From the human T2T-CHM13v2.0 reference genome, Homo sapiens, in assembly GCF_009914755.1 (NCBI RefSeq), contig NC_060934.1: a stretch of 64,000 bases of DNA, one strand, 5' to 3'. Numbering within the stretch: the stretch's first letter is position 1; the number at the start of each line of letters is the position of its first letter. This document shows positions 30,969 to 43,842 of this stretch, in pieces. The notes under the pieces are model-generated. The model saw only the letters and a list, made by a program, of their open reading frames with translations, did no database searches and had not been told where the DNA came from. The position numbers and the translations under genes are program-made.

Positions 30969-31620
30969 AAGGATGTGGCAATCAGGGAGCACTTTTACAC
31001 TGCTGGTGTGAATGCAAACTAGTACAGCCACTATGGAAAACAGTATGGAGATTCCTTAAAGAAATAAAAGTAGAACTACCATTTGATCCACCAATCTCAC
31101 TACTGGGTATCTACCCAGAGGGGAAAAAAAAATCATTATTTGAAAAAGATACTTGTACACGCATGTTTATAGCAGCATAAGTCACAATTGCAAAATTGTG
31201 GAACCAACCCAAATGCCCATCAATGAGTGGATAAAAAACTCTGATATATATATACAATGGAATACTACTCAGCCATAAAAAGGAATGAATTAACAGCATT
31301 TTCAGTGACCTGGATGAGATTGGATACTATTATTCTAAGGGAAGTAACTCAGCAATGGAAAACTAAACATCGTATGTTCTCACTGATATGTGGGAGCTAA
31401 GCTATGAGGATGCAAAGGCATAAGAATGATACAATGGACTTTGGAAACTTAGGGGGCAAGAGTGGGAGGGGGGTGACAGATAAAAGATATTAAATATGGT
31501 ACAGGGTATACTGCTCAGGTGATGGGTGCACCAGGCTCTCACAAATATCCACTAAAGAACTTATGTAATCAAATATTACTGATACCCCAATAACTTATGG
31601 AAAAATAAAATTTTTAAAAA
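30969..31620 (+). mobile_element. L1PB1-like 3' end
   Basis: CTAGTACAGCCACTATGGAAAACAGT..TGTGGGAGCTAAGCTATGAGGATGCAAAGGCATAAGAATGATACAATGGAC..CCCCAATAACTTATGGAAAAATAAAA. Confidence 0.9.
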
Positions 31621-31834
31621 TTTCCTCTTCTATTGGAAAAAAAAAGAATTTTTCAGTCTCTTCTCCGTCTACCAGACCCATGACTATTTGCCCTCTCCCC
31701 TTTCCAGCCACACTCTGACCCAACCCCGGGAGAAGACTAGTGGATATGACTGCTGAGCACTCCAGGACATTTATTGGGCTGGGCTTAAGCTCCTATGTGT
31801 TGGAAAGTACATAGTCATGCTCCATTTCCTTTCT

Positions 31835-32101
31835 TCACTTCCTTCATTCAACAAATACATGTTAAGTACTTCAGTTGCTGAGACAGAGCAGTAAACAAAA
31901 TAGAACAAAATCCCTTTCTTCATGGAGTTTACATTTTAGTCCTGAGTGATCTTCAATAAACAAGAGAATTAAGACATTAAGTATCTTGGATTTTGATGAG
32001 TGCTAAGGAGAAAAATAAGGAAGAGAAATGGAATGGGGAATTGTAGGTGTTGTATTTTAAGGTGGGACAGATGGGGACAACACCACTGAGAAGGTGGCAT
32101 T
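31835..32101 (-). mobile_element. L2 3' fragment, ending abruptly at the inverted duplication
   Basis: CATTCAACAAATA..GAGACAGAGCAGTAAACAAA..CTCATGGAG.TTACATT. Confidence 0.75.
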
Positions 32102-32105
32102 ATGG

Positions 32106-32333
32106 CCACTCACCTCAGCCTCCCAAAGTGCTGGGATTAGAGGTGGGAGCCACTGTGCCCAGTCTCAATCCTCCCTTTCCTTTGTACATATCTGAGATCC
32201 TCCCACCCTACCCCTTGCCCAGGACCCTTCCTGGCTGGGTGTCTTCTAGGACGGACAGTGGTGGCAGCAGCGTCAGTAGAGACAGAGAACAAGGGGTGAA
32301 ATTTGGGAAGGTAAGCCTTTCTTTTTCCCCCAG
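32106..32333 (-). repeat. Inverted duplicate (left copy) of 33587-33826
   Basis: Reverse complement aligns with ~9 substitutions and 3 indels; includes the 5' ~59 nt of the Alu at 33768. Confidence 0.97.
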
Positions 32334-33220
32334 GGCCTAGGTGCAGTTTCAGCCCCCCTGCTCTCACTTTCTCCTTGACTTCATTTCTTCATAAGACTGG
32401 CTAGAGAGTGATGCGATACCAGGATTAAATTCTGCAAGGAAAATGCAAGCTTTTAGCTTCAATTCCATCACTTACCAGAAGGCTCCAACCCTACCAAGGT
32501 GACCAATCAACGCTGCTGTTGGTTGCCTAGAATTCCCTTGAGAACTTCCCCCAGTGGAGAGGTTATTAGGACAAGATTTTAGAATTGCTGGATTTCCAGC
32601 TGTAGTCACTCTAAAATAGCACGAAAACAACACACACACCCTCTGGCAACACTTTTCTCTCCATCTCCACTAATCCCCTTGTGTAGATGGTGGGCAGATT
32701 CTCCACATAAAACTGTGAATTATGACTTCTGCAGACAGGCTGTGTTTCTGGCTCAATGAAGAGCCAAAGGGATAGTTATGCACAATTAGTGATGAATAAT
32801 CCTAATCGCTTACATATATTGATCATTTACTATGATGTCTAAGAAATGTTTGTGTATTGTTGTATCAATCTTCCCAATCATTCTTCAGCATATGTGCTAT
32901 AATTATCCACTTTTTAAATAGGGTGAGAGTGAAGCATGAAGAGGTTAAGTAATTTGCAGAGAGTAGTGGCAGATCCAAGACTCTCTCCTGAGCAGCCCGG
33001 CTCCGGAGCGTTCATGCTGTCCTTTCTAGCGACCTCACCGTGTCTCCCTTGGAAAACAGGAATGAGGGGACTTAGAAAGGAAGGTTCTCATTCCTGAAGT
33101 TACCCACACAAGCTTTGACCCCTCACAGTTTCTACTGCATTGGTCCTTTCCCTCCTCTGTCTTCCCTTCCTCTTCCCATTCCTTCCCTTTTATTTCCTTT
33201 CACTTCCAGGTCAGATACGG

Positions 33221-33268
33221 AGCCTACCTCCCTGCCCTCCACAGCCTACCTCCCTGCCCTCCACAGCC
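33221..33268 (+). repeat. Perfect 22-bp tandem duplication
   Basis: AGCCTACCTCCCTGCCCTCCAC x2 plus AGCC. Confidence 0.95.
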
Positions 33269-33586
33269 GTATGCTCCGTCCAGCCAAGGACTATCTTTCT
33301 CAGGCTTGCCATGGGGCAGTAACTATTTCTAAGGCAGCACTGAAACTTCAGGAAGTCTAAGGCATTTTTTTTTTTTAAAGCTAGGAACAAAGATAAAGGG
33401 ACAGAATACGAAGACCTGGTCCTCTGGTCCTTCCTCCTCCCCACCTTCTCTTTTCTTTTATTAAAACCTCTGGAGAATGACATGGTTGCCATGTAAATGT
33501 TCAGGAAGTGGCTTCCATCCTAGCCTCGTGAATGCCATAGGATCTCTGGAGGAGAGGGAAGAGTCAGATAGAAGTCTTGAAGCCAT

Positions 33587-34132
<546 letters not shown>

Positions 34133-35078
34133 TCATTTCTCATCATGCTTCAAATGGAAGAAACCTGAGGCTGTGTGTTCTGTGAAGGTCCATTCTATGT
34201 AATGTGTATTCTGTGGACCTGCAGAAACACAAAGAACAAAACGGGGCCTCACCTGCAGGGATCTCACCATCTAGATAAGCCTCAGAATAAGTTGCCTTAA
34301 AAATAGTTAACACTCACATTTGTTGAGATTTGTGAGAGGTGAATTGAGAAGTGTTGATTTAAGTGTAATGTATCAAAGTGACACTTGGTTCAACACGCAA
34401 GAGTGTGGCTCAAAGTTTGAGGCTTGATGCTATGCATCTTCGGTGTTTGTTTTCTCATTAAAAAGTGCAAGTAGAAGTATAACGTGTTAGGTTATTTTAT
34501 TTGCATACAAAAAATAACTTCCTCTCTCCCATCCTTTGCTCGCTACCTTTTGCCTCCAATGCCTCTGTGTAAAGTGTAAACCACTTCCAACACTTCCAAG
34601 CAAGTTAAACTTGAAGACCTACTTAGGTTCTCAGGCTCATCACCAAGGATTTAAAGCCTCTCTATTCATTCGATGACAATGGTTTCCATGGCAATTACCG
34701 CAACACATGACATCCCCTGCAGCTCAGCTCAGAAATGCATCAGCAGAAATGGCGACACATCAACACATTTGCCAGGAAGAGCTGGGTGGAGTCCTTACTG
34801 GGACTTGGCATAAGGAATTAATTAAGATTTTTTAAAAAGCGAACATTTTGATTTCTTGGTGCACAACTGATTTTTCTCCTCTTTTTATTTCAACCCATCA
34901 CACCTGTGAAGATATGTTTTACAGCAAATCGCTGGAATTATGACTATGTAAAAGTCACCAGGGACAAAGACAAAAGTGTTGATGACCATTTTCATCACCT
35001 CTTTACCCTTTTCATCTGTTTCTGACTCATTACACCTTGCCCTTTCCTCTTCTAAGACCGGTATGTCTTGTTAACTGA

Positions 35079-35080
<2 letters not shown>

Positions 35081-35119
<39 letters not shown>

Positions 35120-35148
35120 CGCGCACACACACACACACACACACACAC
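35081..35148 (+). repeat. Interrupted (CA)n microsatellite
   Basis: ~34 AC units with CG interruptions. Confidence 0.97.
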
Positions 35149-35319
35149 TTTCTCCACGAAGAAAAGCAGCCAAGTGCCAAAATGCAAACCCAGGCTTGGG
35201 TTCCACAGTGCTCTAAACAATCTGCCCTTCCTACCTCCACCAAGAAAAGCAAATGGAAGGCACACTCAAACTACCTCCAGAAGAAATCACTAGTCAAATC
35301 AATACACAAATAAAAAGGC

Positions 35320-35535
35320 TCCCAGTTAATAAGCAACCTACAATGTGCCAGGCACTGTGGTAAGAGCTCTGCATAAATCATTTCATTATGACTCCATGAG
35401 ATCAGGATTTTCACTTTTGTACAAATGAAGAAATGCACGCTCAGGGAAAGAAAAGTTTCCAGGATTGTACAGCCGAATGTGTCAGACATGGAATTTTTAA
35501 CCCAAATTGGCCTGGCTCCAGAGCCCATGTTCCTT
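35320..35535 (-). mobile_element. MIR
   Basis: ATGTGCCAGGCACTGT..TTTTGTACAAATGAAGAAA..CTGGCTCCAGAGCCC. Confidence 0.8.
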
Positions 35536-36841
35536 AATTAATTGATAAAGGGGCTTATTTTCTCACTCGGGTTCGAGAGAAGGTAGGGTGAGGAGAGGCA
35601 TTCAGTCAAGTGGCCCAGGCTATTATCTGAGCACTTGAAGTCCCTGTACACTGGCTGGGACAACACTGAACAAGTCCCTTGCAGCCTTTTCTCCTTAATT
35701 TTTCCAGAAAATGTTAAGAGCAATGTTGACCTGCTTTCCTAGTTATGTAACAAGTGACTGAAATAATAAGTCAGTTCTGAAATGCCAGCCTGTGATGATG
35801 GCTCTCATAAACCCACAGGGATAGACCCCTGCAAAGGGGAGGTAGAGAAGAAACATGCAGAATAAAAATGCTTTCAAATGAATAGGAAGAGGGGCTTCCT
35901 CAAAAGAGAATGACTGGAATCTCTCATTATCCTTAATCTGTCTAGCCCTAAGCAGATGTGTTGGATGAGCAATGCCGCTCCTTATTCTAACTTTTGTAAG
36001 ACCTGGCTCTAGAGGGTCCAAAGGCCACCATGAGAAGACTCTCTGGGTCATTCCTGGATGCTTCTGGTGTAAGAATATATAAGACTTTGGAAGACTTTGT
36101 GTGTGTTCCTTAATTTCTCTGCAAGGAAGAATTTTGGACTTACAGACTTCCTTTTAATAAGCACGGTAATGCAAATATCTGTTACTTCAGCCTGAGAGCC
36201 TATTTGTGTGATCATTAAAGAAGGAGCTACATTAGCTTCATATTAAGGTAATAGCTATGCTTATCTAATTTTGCATTTACTTTATTTAGGCTCAGTCCTT
36301 AATGATGTATGATACCTTTAATTAAGGGTCAGCAATTAATGAGGCAGTGGAGGTTGCCGTACTTGACTTTATGCTTTAGTTAGCAGAAATTAAACATGCT
36401 TCTAATTTTGCATCATTTTCTCCTTTTCTTGCACTTGAGAAGCTATATAAAACAGAACTTTGGAAATTACATGGAACTCTATCCCAACCCATTCTAACCT
36501 ATATGTGTATTTAATGTGGCAAGATTTTATCCAACACGTGAGGACACAAAACAGAACCATGCATGGTCTTTACCCTCAAGGAACTAGGAGTCCAGGGATA
36601 AGCATATTAGGTTTTAATAGATGTCATTTTAAAAGAAGGCTCCAGGGAAAATGTGAACCATAATCTCTCTAGATGGGATCAAACTGAGGTCCAAGGACCT
36701 CAGCACTTTGCAGGGCTTCCCATTCACTTCCACAGCAAACATGCAGGAAAAAAAAAATAGTGTCCCAGTTGCCAGTGATTGTGCTGCTCTAGGTTCTTGC
36801 AAGGACCTTCCACAATAGCACAACAGAAAGGCACTTAGGGA

Positions 36842-37103
36842 TTTTTTTTTTTTTAATTTTTTTTTTTTAATTATACTCTAAGTTTTAGGGTACATGTGCA
36901 CATTGTGCAGGTTAGTTACATATGTATACATGTGCCATGCTGGTGCACTGCACCCACTAACTCGTCATCTAGCATTAGGTATATCTCCCAATGCTATCCC
37001 TCCCCCCTCCCCTGACCCCACCACAGTCCCCAGAGTGTGATATTCCCCTTCCTGTGTCCAAGTGATCTCATTGTTCAATTCCCACCTATGAGTGAGAATA
37101 TGC
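36842..37103 (-). mobile_element. Short young L1 3' end (L1HS/L1PA2 intermediate)
   Basis: TTATACTCTAAG (sense CTTAGAGTAT), sense GAG triplet at 36961-36963, GTGATCTCA; long T-tract; no TSD. Confidence 0.95.
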
Positions 37104-37803
37104 TTTGAGAAAAAGAAGATGAAACAGCCACCTTTTATAAACCCTCAGGTTGCCATCTTTTGTTCACAACATATGTAAATAGATTAGAGCTGAATTCTAT
37201 GCTGAGTCCAAAAGACTTTAGATTTTTCAAGGCTATCATATTGTGATGTTATCAAAACACTGCTAGAGATTGTTTTGGCTTCTTGAAAATAAGTAACTAT
37301 CCTAGAATGGGCCTCTTCCACCGATCTCTACTTAAATTTTTATATTTACTCAGATTATACAAGCTATAGCCAAAGAACATGCATGGCATTTGGCTTTTAG
37401 AGGCACACATATTTACCTCCACATATGCATAAATATACATATTGAAGTATTGCTCACATCTGCCGCGAAGATAAAAGTGAACTGGATGTTTATGCAGAAA
37501 AGGACAGTGTTCATTTAAGAAAAGACAGTCTGAATAAAATAAGAGCAAAATTTCCAGGTAGACTTCTTCTAAATAATAGATACAAATAGATTCAGTGACT
37601 AAACATTTCCTCTATTGTTAAGTCAGTTTTAATGGTAGAGACACCTGAAGAAGGAATAGAAATAAACTGCCTTTATTTTAAAACTAGAGAATCGTGTTAC
37701 ACTTCCAACAAACCGACCAGGAAAAGTGCATTGACTTTAAAATTCAAGTAGAGGTAGTTTGAATCCTATGTTGCCATTTATAGATCAATTAAACTTCAGC
37801 AAG

Positions 37804-38305
37804 TGTCACAGGTCGGGTTCCCTGGGGAAGCTAGCTCTAAACTAGAGATTCAAGTATAGGAGGTTTATCTGGGAGTGCTCTTGGAATCAATACCCAAGGG
37901 AAAGGCAGGGAAGGAAGGCAGAGAAGCAGAATGGGGCGGGAAAATAAGCCAAGCTTTTATGCATCAACAGAGGCTTCAGCAGGCTACTAGGAACTCTTAA
38001 GGTGGGGTGACCCTTCGGAGTCAACCTGAGATGAGGCAAAGGGGTTCAAGCCTGTATATCTCCTACATTGATACCAAAATCCCAGAAAATGCTCAGGCGT
38101 CGATGCCTGAATCTTGACCAGTTATTAGCAACCCCCTACCCTGATCTTTCACTGGATGAAGGCCTCCCCAGGAAGGGGCCATGACTTTGGGTGATGTGGC
38201 CCCCTTGAGCGGAGATACTTCCAAAAAAGTCTACCTTCTGGCAGGACTCCCAGCAGCTGGGGAAATAAATCCTGGAGAACAGATCTAGGCAGCATACCAC
38301 AGGGT
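37804..38305 (-). mobile_element. LTR16-like ERVL solo LTR
   Basis: TGTCACAGGTCGGGTTCCCTGGGGAAGC..GGAGGTTTAT.TGGGAGTGCTCTTGG.ATCAA..CCCAGCAGCTGGGGAAAT. Confidence 0.75.
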
Positions 38306-38324
38306 CTAAAACAGCATTTTGGAT

Positions 38325-39340
38325 TCCTTCATTCATTCATTCAACAGATATTTACAAAACTCCTACAATCCATGATTAGGGTACCCAGTGATTAAGCAAT
38401 GAACAAAGCTGACCACATCCTTACCCTCCTGGAACTCTCACTCTGGGGAATAAGGTAGAGGGTATACACAGAAGAAAGAAAAACAAAATAATTACAGGGT
38501 GTAAGTACTATAAAGCAAAGGGTGATAAGATAGGAAGTAAAAGGAGGCAAGGCTGCTTTAAATAGAGTCCTTTCAAGTAGAAAGGATTAAAGAATAAATG
38601 AAGAAGTTGAGAGAATGAGAGCAAACAATCCATTTGAAAGCATGGGATGGTAACTGCAGGAGGACAAGATTCCAAAAAGATACTTGATATGGGTGTAAGA
38701 TTATTTACAAGGCAGATGATTAGAGAGGAAGGGGAGGATGAGTCCGGAGAAAAAAAAAAGTAAGTGAAGAAGAAAGGTCCCAGATCAGGGATCAGCAAAT
38801 TACTGCCTACAATTGGAGGAAGCATCTGTTTTGTAAATGAAGTTTACAAAAGCATAACCTCTTGGTTGCTTATCACCTATGGCTACTTTCATGCCACATC
38901 TGCAGACTTGAGTCCTTGTGACGAAGAGCCTAACATTTTTTGTTACTATCTGGACCTCTACCAAAAGAGTTTGCTCACCCTTCGTTTAGAGGAGCCAAGA
39001 TATAATGGAATCTGGTGCAGATCTGAAGTTGACTTTGCCTACAGCAATACTGGTACCTTTCTTGGATGTAACAGGAAGGCACGCAAAGAAGATCTGCACA
39101 GAGGCATGGCGGTTTGTGGATGTAATGATAGAGAAAGAAAGGAGTTTCATTTTGTTGGCTTTTATTTTCTTAGTGAAAAATGTGAGTGAGGAGGAGGGTT
39201 AGGGAGGGTTTAAAAAGAGGGGAAAGGTTTTGAAGTTCTCAATTTGGAGAAAGAAAAAGTTGGTTTACTAGGGAAGTATGGTGGAATTGAAAGAGGTGGT
39301 CTTGAGTACCTATTGGAGCCTATGGCCATAAATCTGAACT
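38325..39340 (-). mobile_element. L2 fragments, interrupted by MER58
   Basis: (TTCA)n CAACAGATATTTA L2 3' end followed by purine-rich L2 text. Confidence 0.65.
38786..38982. mobile_element. MER58A-like DNA transposon
   Basis: CAGGGATCAGCAAA..TGTTTTGTAAAT..GGCTACTTTC..TTACTATCTGG..AGTTTGC. Confidence 0.7.
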
Positions 39341-39592
39341 ACACTCAATTTAAAGAAGCGACTTCTAGTTACAATATTGTAATAAATTTATGCTTTCATG
39401 CCATTCCTTCTCCTCCAACCTGTAGCAAGGAGAAATAAAATAGAAAAAAGGCTAGATTGATCTTAGAAAGAAGATATCACCATCATTTACTTGAAACAGA
39501 GCAGAAAACTATGGCAGTGGAAGAAAGGGGGCTGCTAATTACTGGTCAAAAATCAGGCATTGATGACTGAGAATTTTCTGGGATTTGGTAAG

Positions 39593-39976
39593 TTTATCAG
39601 TCCATTTTCCTGCTGCTGATAAAGACATACCTGAGACTGGGTAATTTATAAAGAAAAAGACGTTTAATGGACTCACAGTTCCATCTGGCTGGGGAGGCCT
39701 CACAATCATGGGGGAAGGCAAGGGAAGGACAAAGGCATGTCTAAACTGGCAGGAGGCAAAGAGAGAAAATGAGAACCAAGAGAAAGGGATTTTCCCTTAT
39801 TAAACCATCAGATCTCATGAGACTTACTCACTACCACGAGAAAAGTATGGAGGAAATGGAGGAAACTGTCCTCATAATTTAATTATCTCCAACGGGGTCC
39901 CTCCCACAACACATAGGAATTATGGGAGCTACAATTCAAGATGAGATTTGGGTGGAGACACAGCCAAACCCTATCA
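39593..39976 (-). mobile_element. THE1B/C solo LTR
   Basis: TGCTGCTGATAAAGACATACCTGAGACTGGG...GAGATTTGGGTGGAGACACAGCCAAACCCTATCA; flanks GTAAG/GTAAA. Confidence 0.92.
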
Positions 39977-40030
39977 GTAAAGGATAAAATATGTTTTAAT
40001 CCAGGCTCATTTGTGAAGCTAGGGTTAAGA

Positions 40031-40521
40031 TGTGTGTATCAGTTGGGTTGTGCAGAAGAAACAAAAAGCACCCTATACATTTTAAAGAGAGAGGAATTCA
40101 ATGCAAAGAATCAGTACTTTCAGAAATCATTGGGAGGATTGAAGAAGCAGTTTCCAGGTGGACTTCTTGGAATGACTCCTGAAACACCATGAACTAGACA
40201 CTGGGGAGTCACAACTTCAGTGGCTTTGGGAGCTATGCTGTCTTAGACTGCTAGATGCTGCCACAGTCATGGCAAACTCTGGACATCAGGAGAATGTTCA
40301 CCAGAAACTGCTTCAGGAGAACTATGACCTTGCTACCCAGCAGAGACAAACAGAATCTTCAGGAAGATTGCCTCTGTCTTACTTCCTCCCAAATCTAGCA
40401 TGGATATACCTCATTGGCAGAATGTAAATTATAACTGAAAGAGAGTGCACTGGCTTCCCAACCTCTCTAGATAACAGGAAGAAGAAAAGGTAGTTGAGAA
40501 ACCAATCTAGTGCCTCCCACA
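40031..40521 (-). mobile_element. Ancient LTR (LTR78/79-like, unverified)
   Basis: TGTGTATCAGTTGGG..GAAACA..AATTCAATGCAAAGAAT start; CTCATTGGCAGAA motif near end. Confidence 0.4.
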
Positions 40522-40769
40522 TTGAGGTGTCATAACATGAGGCAGTTGCTCACCTGAGACCTGAGGTCTTGCATATAGGGAGCTGTGGGTCTACAAGGGC
40601 ATTGAGGGGAGCAGAGCAGCAATGCCTCAGGGTGAGAAGCCAAGTCAAACCCACCTCCTGGATCAGTCAATGGCCTGAAGAGCCCTGAAGCACAATTGTA
40701 AGATGTGGTTCCACATTGTGCATCCCAGGAGCAGGGTGGAGGCAAGGAATGAATTGAGATTAACCAAAA

Positions 40770-41730
40770 GCAAGTGAGAGACAGAGAAAACAGAAAACCT
40801 CAGCTCAAGATGAACTTAACAACCAATATTTATTCCCAAGAAGCCAGCATCTAAGTCAACAAGCAAAACACAAATTCACCCCAGGTGAAAGGAATTTTAT
40901 ATAAATGTTTAGGATGTTCAAAGAGATAAATGAAAGAATAATACCAATTTTAAAAGATTACTAAAATGTAAAGAAAAAGGCTAAAATGGGTGGATATGAA
41001 AGAGACCCACTTAGAAATCTAGTAATTAAAACTAAATTACTAAAATTAAAAATATCTGTATATAAATAAATAAATATGTATATATTTGCCACAATGTAAG
41101 ATGCCACAATATAAGAGTAGCACAGTTAAGGAGAGAATTAGCAAGTGGGAAGATAGTACTGAGAAATTTACCTGGAACATTGATAACAACGTTAAAAGCA
41201 TGAATGAGAAGTTAGGAGATGTTGAAGATAGCTCAAGAAGCTTCAGCATATGTCTAAAGAGAGTTTCAGAAGAAGAGCATGCAGGAAATGGTGGGAAAAC
41301 AATATGTGAAGACATGTTTCTGAGATTTTTGCAGGAAAAAAAAGATGAGTAGCTTTTTTGAGGTTGAAAGTGCGCTCTGAATACTAAGCTGGTTAAATAA
41401 AATCAAAGCCTCACTGAAATGAGTTGTAATTAAATAAAAGTACATCAAGGTTAATATTAAAATCTTAAGAGCTTCTAGAGAGAAAAGAAAGGTGACTTGA
41501 AAGAAACAGGCAATTACATAACCGTCGGCCTTTTCATCAGCCATAATTTAATACTTTCAGAAGCAAATGGCAGGCCAGCATCAGAGGACTGAAAAAAACA
41601 TAAACAAATGCGAGAATTAGATTGACTGGAATTTAGCAAAATGACAGAAAAGCAAAATATTCAGACAGTTGAAGACATTAGAGCATTTACCATCCACAGA
41701 CATTTACTAAATCTATTAGTAAAGAACGTA
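40770..41730 (+). mobile_element. Old L1M/HAL1 fragment covering ORF1
   Basis: ORF 41086-41352 reads ERISKWED...LGDVEDSSRSFSICLKRVSE, resembling L1 ORF1p ERISELED...DRSRRSNIRIIGVPE. Confidence 0.7.
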
Positions 41731-42768
41731 CTTCAGTCAGTAAAAAGCAGACACATTTGGCTGGTTGGCTGGCCTGGGAAGGCACTGCAAGAAAGATATT
41801 GCTTAAAATAGTAAATATTATGGACTGTTGACAGTAATAAAATAATAAAGTGCATCCAATCGCCCAAATAATATAATATTTCTCCAGAACCTATAGTTAT
41901 TAAGCTGCTGAAGTATTGGCAAATAGGCTTTTGCCACACGAATTCAAGAGCAGGAGAGAAAGTCAAGTTTGGTGACAGTTTGTACCAAGCAGTAATAATA
42001 AAAGCGACCATGGGTTGTAAATTGAGTTATAAAGAAAGTGAAGGCATCTGAGCTGTTGTTAATAATGCAAAAATGACTTGGAGGGTACATGGGGCATCAT
42101 TAGGAGGTCTTAATGAGATCAAGGAAAGATTGCTATCAGGATGCTTGTAAGGCTGAGTCGGACAGCAGATTCTTGCAGTAGATTTCAGGGGTATCTAATG
42201 GAGTGACCGTGGGTCATGAGATAAGCCAGAGTGTAAAAATTTAGAAGTGAAGTATAGGCACGGACGGAATTCTATCATTTCTCAGGATGAGATGAGAGTA
42301 GGAATGAGGAGAGGACAGAGGGTCTGGAACCCAAGACTTTAATAAATAAAGAGAGGGAGGACACAGTCCATCAGTCACAGCAATACTCTTATTGCTGTCA
42401 ATAAGAGAGGGAGGCAGAACAGTCTGATGGGATTCACCTCAGTGGGGCAGAGCATGTTGTAAGAATGTGGCCGTGGCCATGGAGAATAGCTTTAGAAAGT
42501 GTAATGTTCTGTTTTACACCTAATTAATGGCAACACGTATGGTATTAGTCCCTGAGAGAGTCTGGGCCCATGACCTGCACTGCAGAATGGTTCTTTAAGA
42601 AGTCCCATTTGCAAGGTTTAAATTAAATATAAAGGGAATTCAGACTTTTTTTTTTAATCATTAAGAGCAGTATATTTTCTATTGAGGTCCCTTGTTCTTT
42701 CTGGATATCTCTGTATTAAATCTTCTGACTTAATCTCAGGATTCATGAAACAGTTTTTGTTCGGTTGG

Positions 42769-43842
42769 TTTTTTCTTTTTATTTTAAGTTCCAGGGCATG
42801 TGTACAGGAGATGCAGTTTTGTTACATAGGTAAACGTGTGCCATGGTGGTTTGCCGCACCTATCAACCCATCACCTTGGTATTAAACCAGCATGCATCAG
42901 CTATTTTCCCTAATGCTCTCCCTCCCCCACCCCACCTCCCCTGACAAGCCCCAATGTGTGTTGTTCCACTCCCTGTGTCTATGTGTTCTCATTGTTCAGC
43001 TCCCACTTATAAGTGAGAACATGTGGTGTTTGGTTTTCTGTTCCTGCATTAGTTTAATGAGGATAATGCCTCCCAGCTCCAACTGTGTCCCTGCAAAGAA
43101 CATGATCTCATTCCTTTTTATGGCTGCATAATATTCCATGGTGTATATGTACCATATTTTCTTTATCCGGTCTATCATCGATGACGGGCATTTGGGTTGT
43201 TTCCATGTCTTTTCTATTGTGAATAGTGCTGCAATGAACATACGTGTACATGTATCTTTGTAATAGAATGATTTATATTCTTTTGGGTATATACCTGGTA
43301 ATGGGATTGCTGGGTCAAATGGTATTTCTGGTTTTAGATCTTTGAGGAATCGCCACACCATCTTCCACAATGGTTGAACTAATTTACATTCCCACCAGCA
43401 GTGTAAAAGCATTCCTATTTCCCCACAGCCTTTGCCAGGATCTGTTGTTTCTTGACTTTTTAATAATTGCCATTCTGACTGGTGTAGCTCATTGTGGTTT
43501 TGATTTGAATTTCTCTAATAATCAGTGTTGTTGAGCTTTTTATAATGTGTTTGTTGGCTGCATGAATGTCTTTTGAGAAGTGTAGGTTCATGTCCTTTGC
43601 CCACTTTCTAATGGGGTTGTTTGTTTTTATTTCTTGTAACTTTGTTTAAGTTCCTTGTAGATTCTGGATATTAAACCTTTGTCAGATGGATAGATTGTAA
43701 AAGTTTTCTCCCACTCTGCTGGTTGCCTGTTCACTCTGAGGATAGTTTCTTTGGCTGTGCAGAAGCTCTTTAATTAGATCCTATTTGTCAATTTTTGCTT
43801 TTGCTGCAATCGTTTTGGTGATTTCATCATGAAATCTTTGCC
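42769..43842 (-). mobile_element. 5'-truncated L1 (L1PA10/11-like)
   Basis: 3'UTR GTTACATAGGTAAACGTGTGCCATGGTGGTTTG; ORF2 C-terminal frame 42996-43412 ([22 protein letters not shown]). Confidence 0.93.

Noticed and set aside
38764-39189. 141-aa ORF
   Set aside because: Spans MER58 and L2 relics, non-ATG start, no recognisable domain
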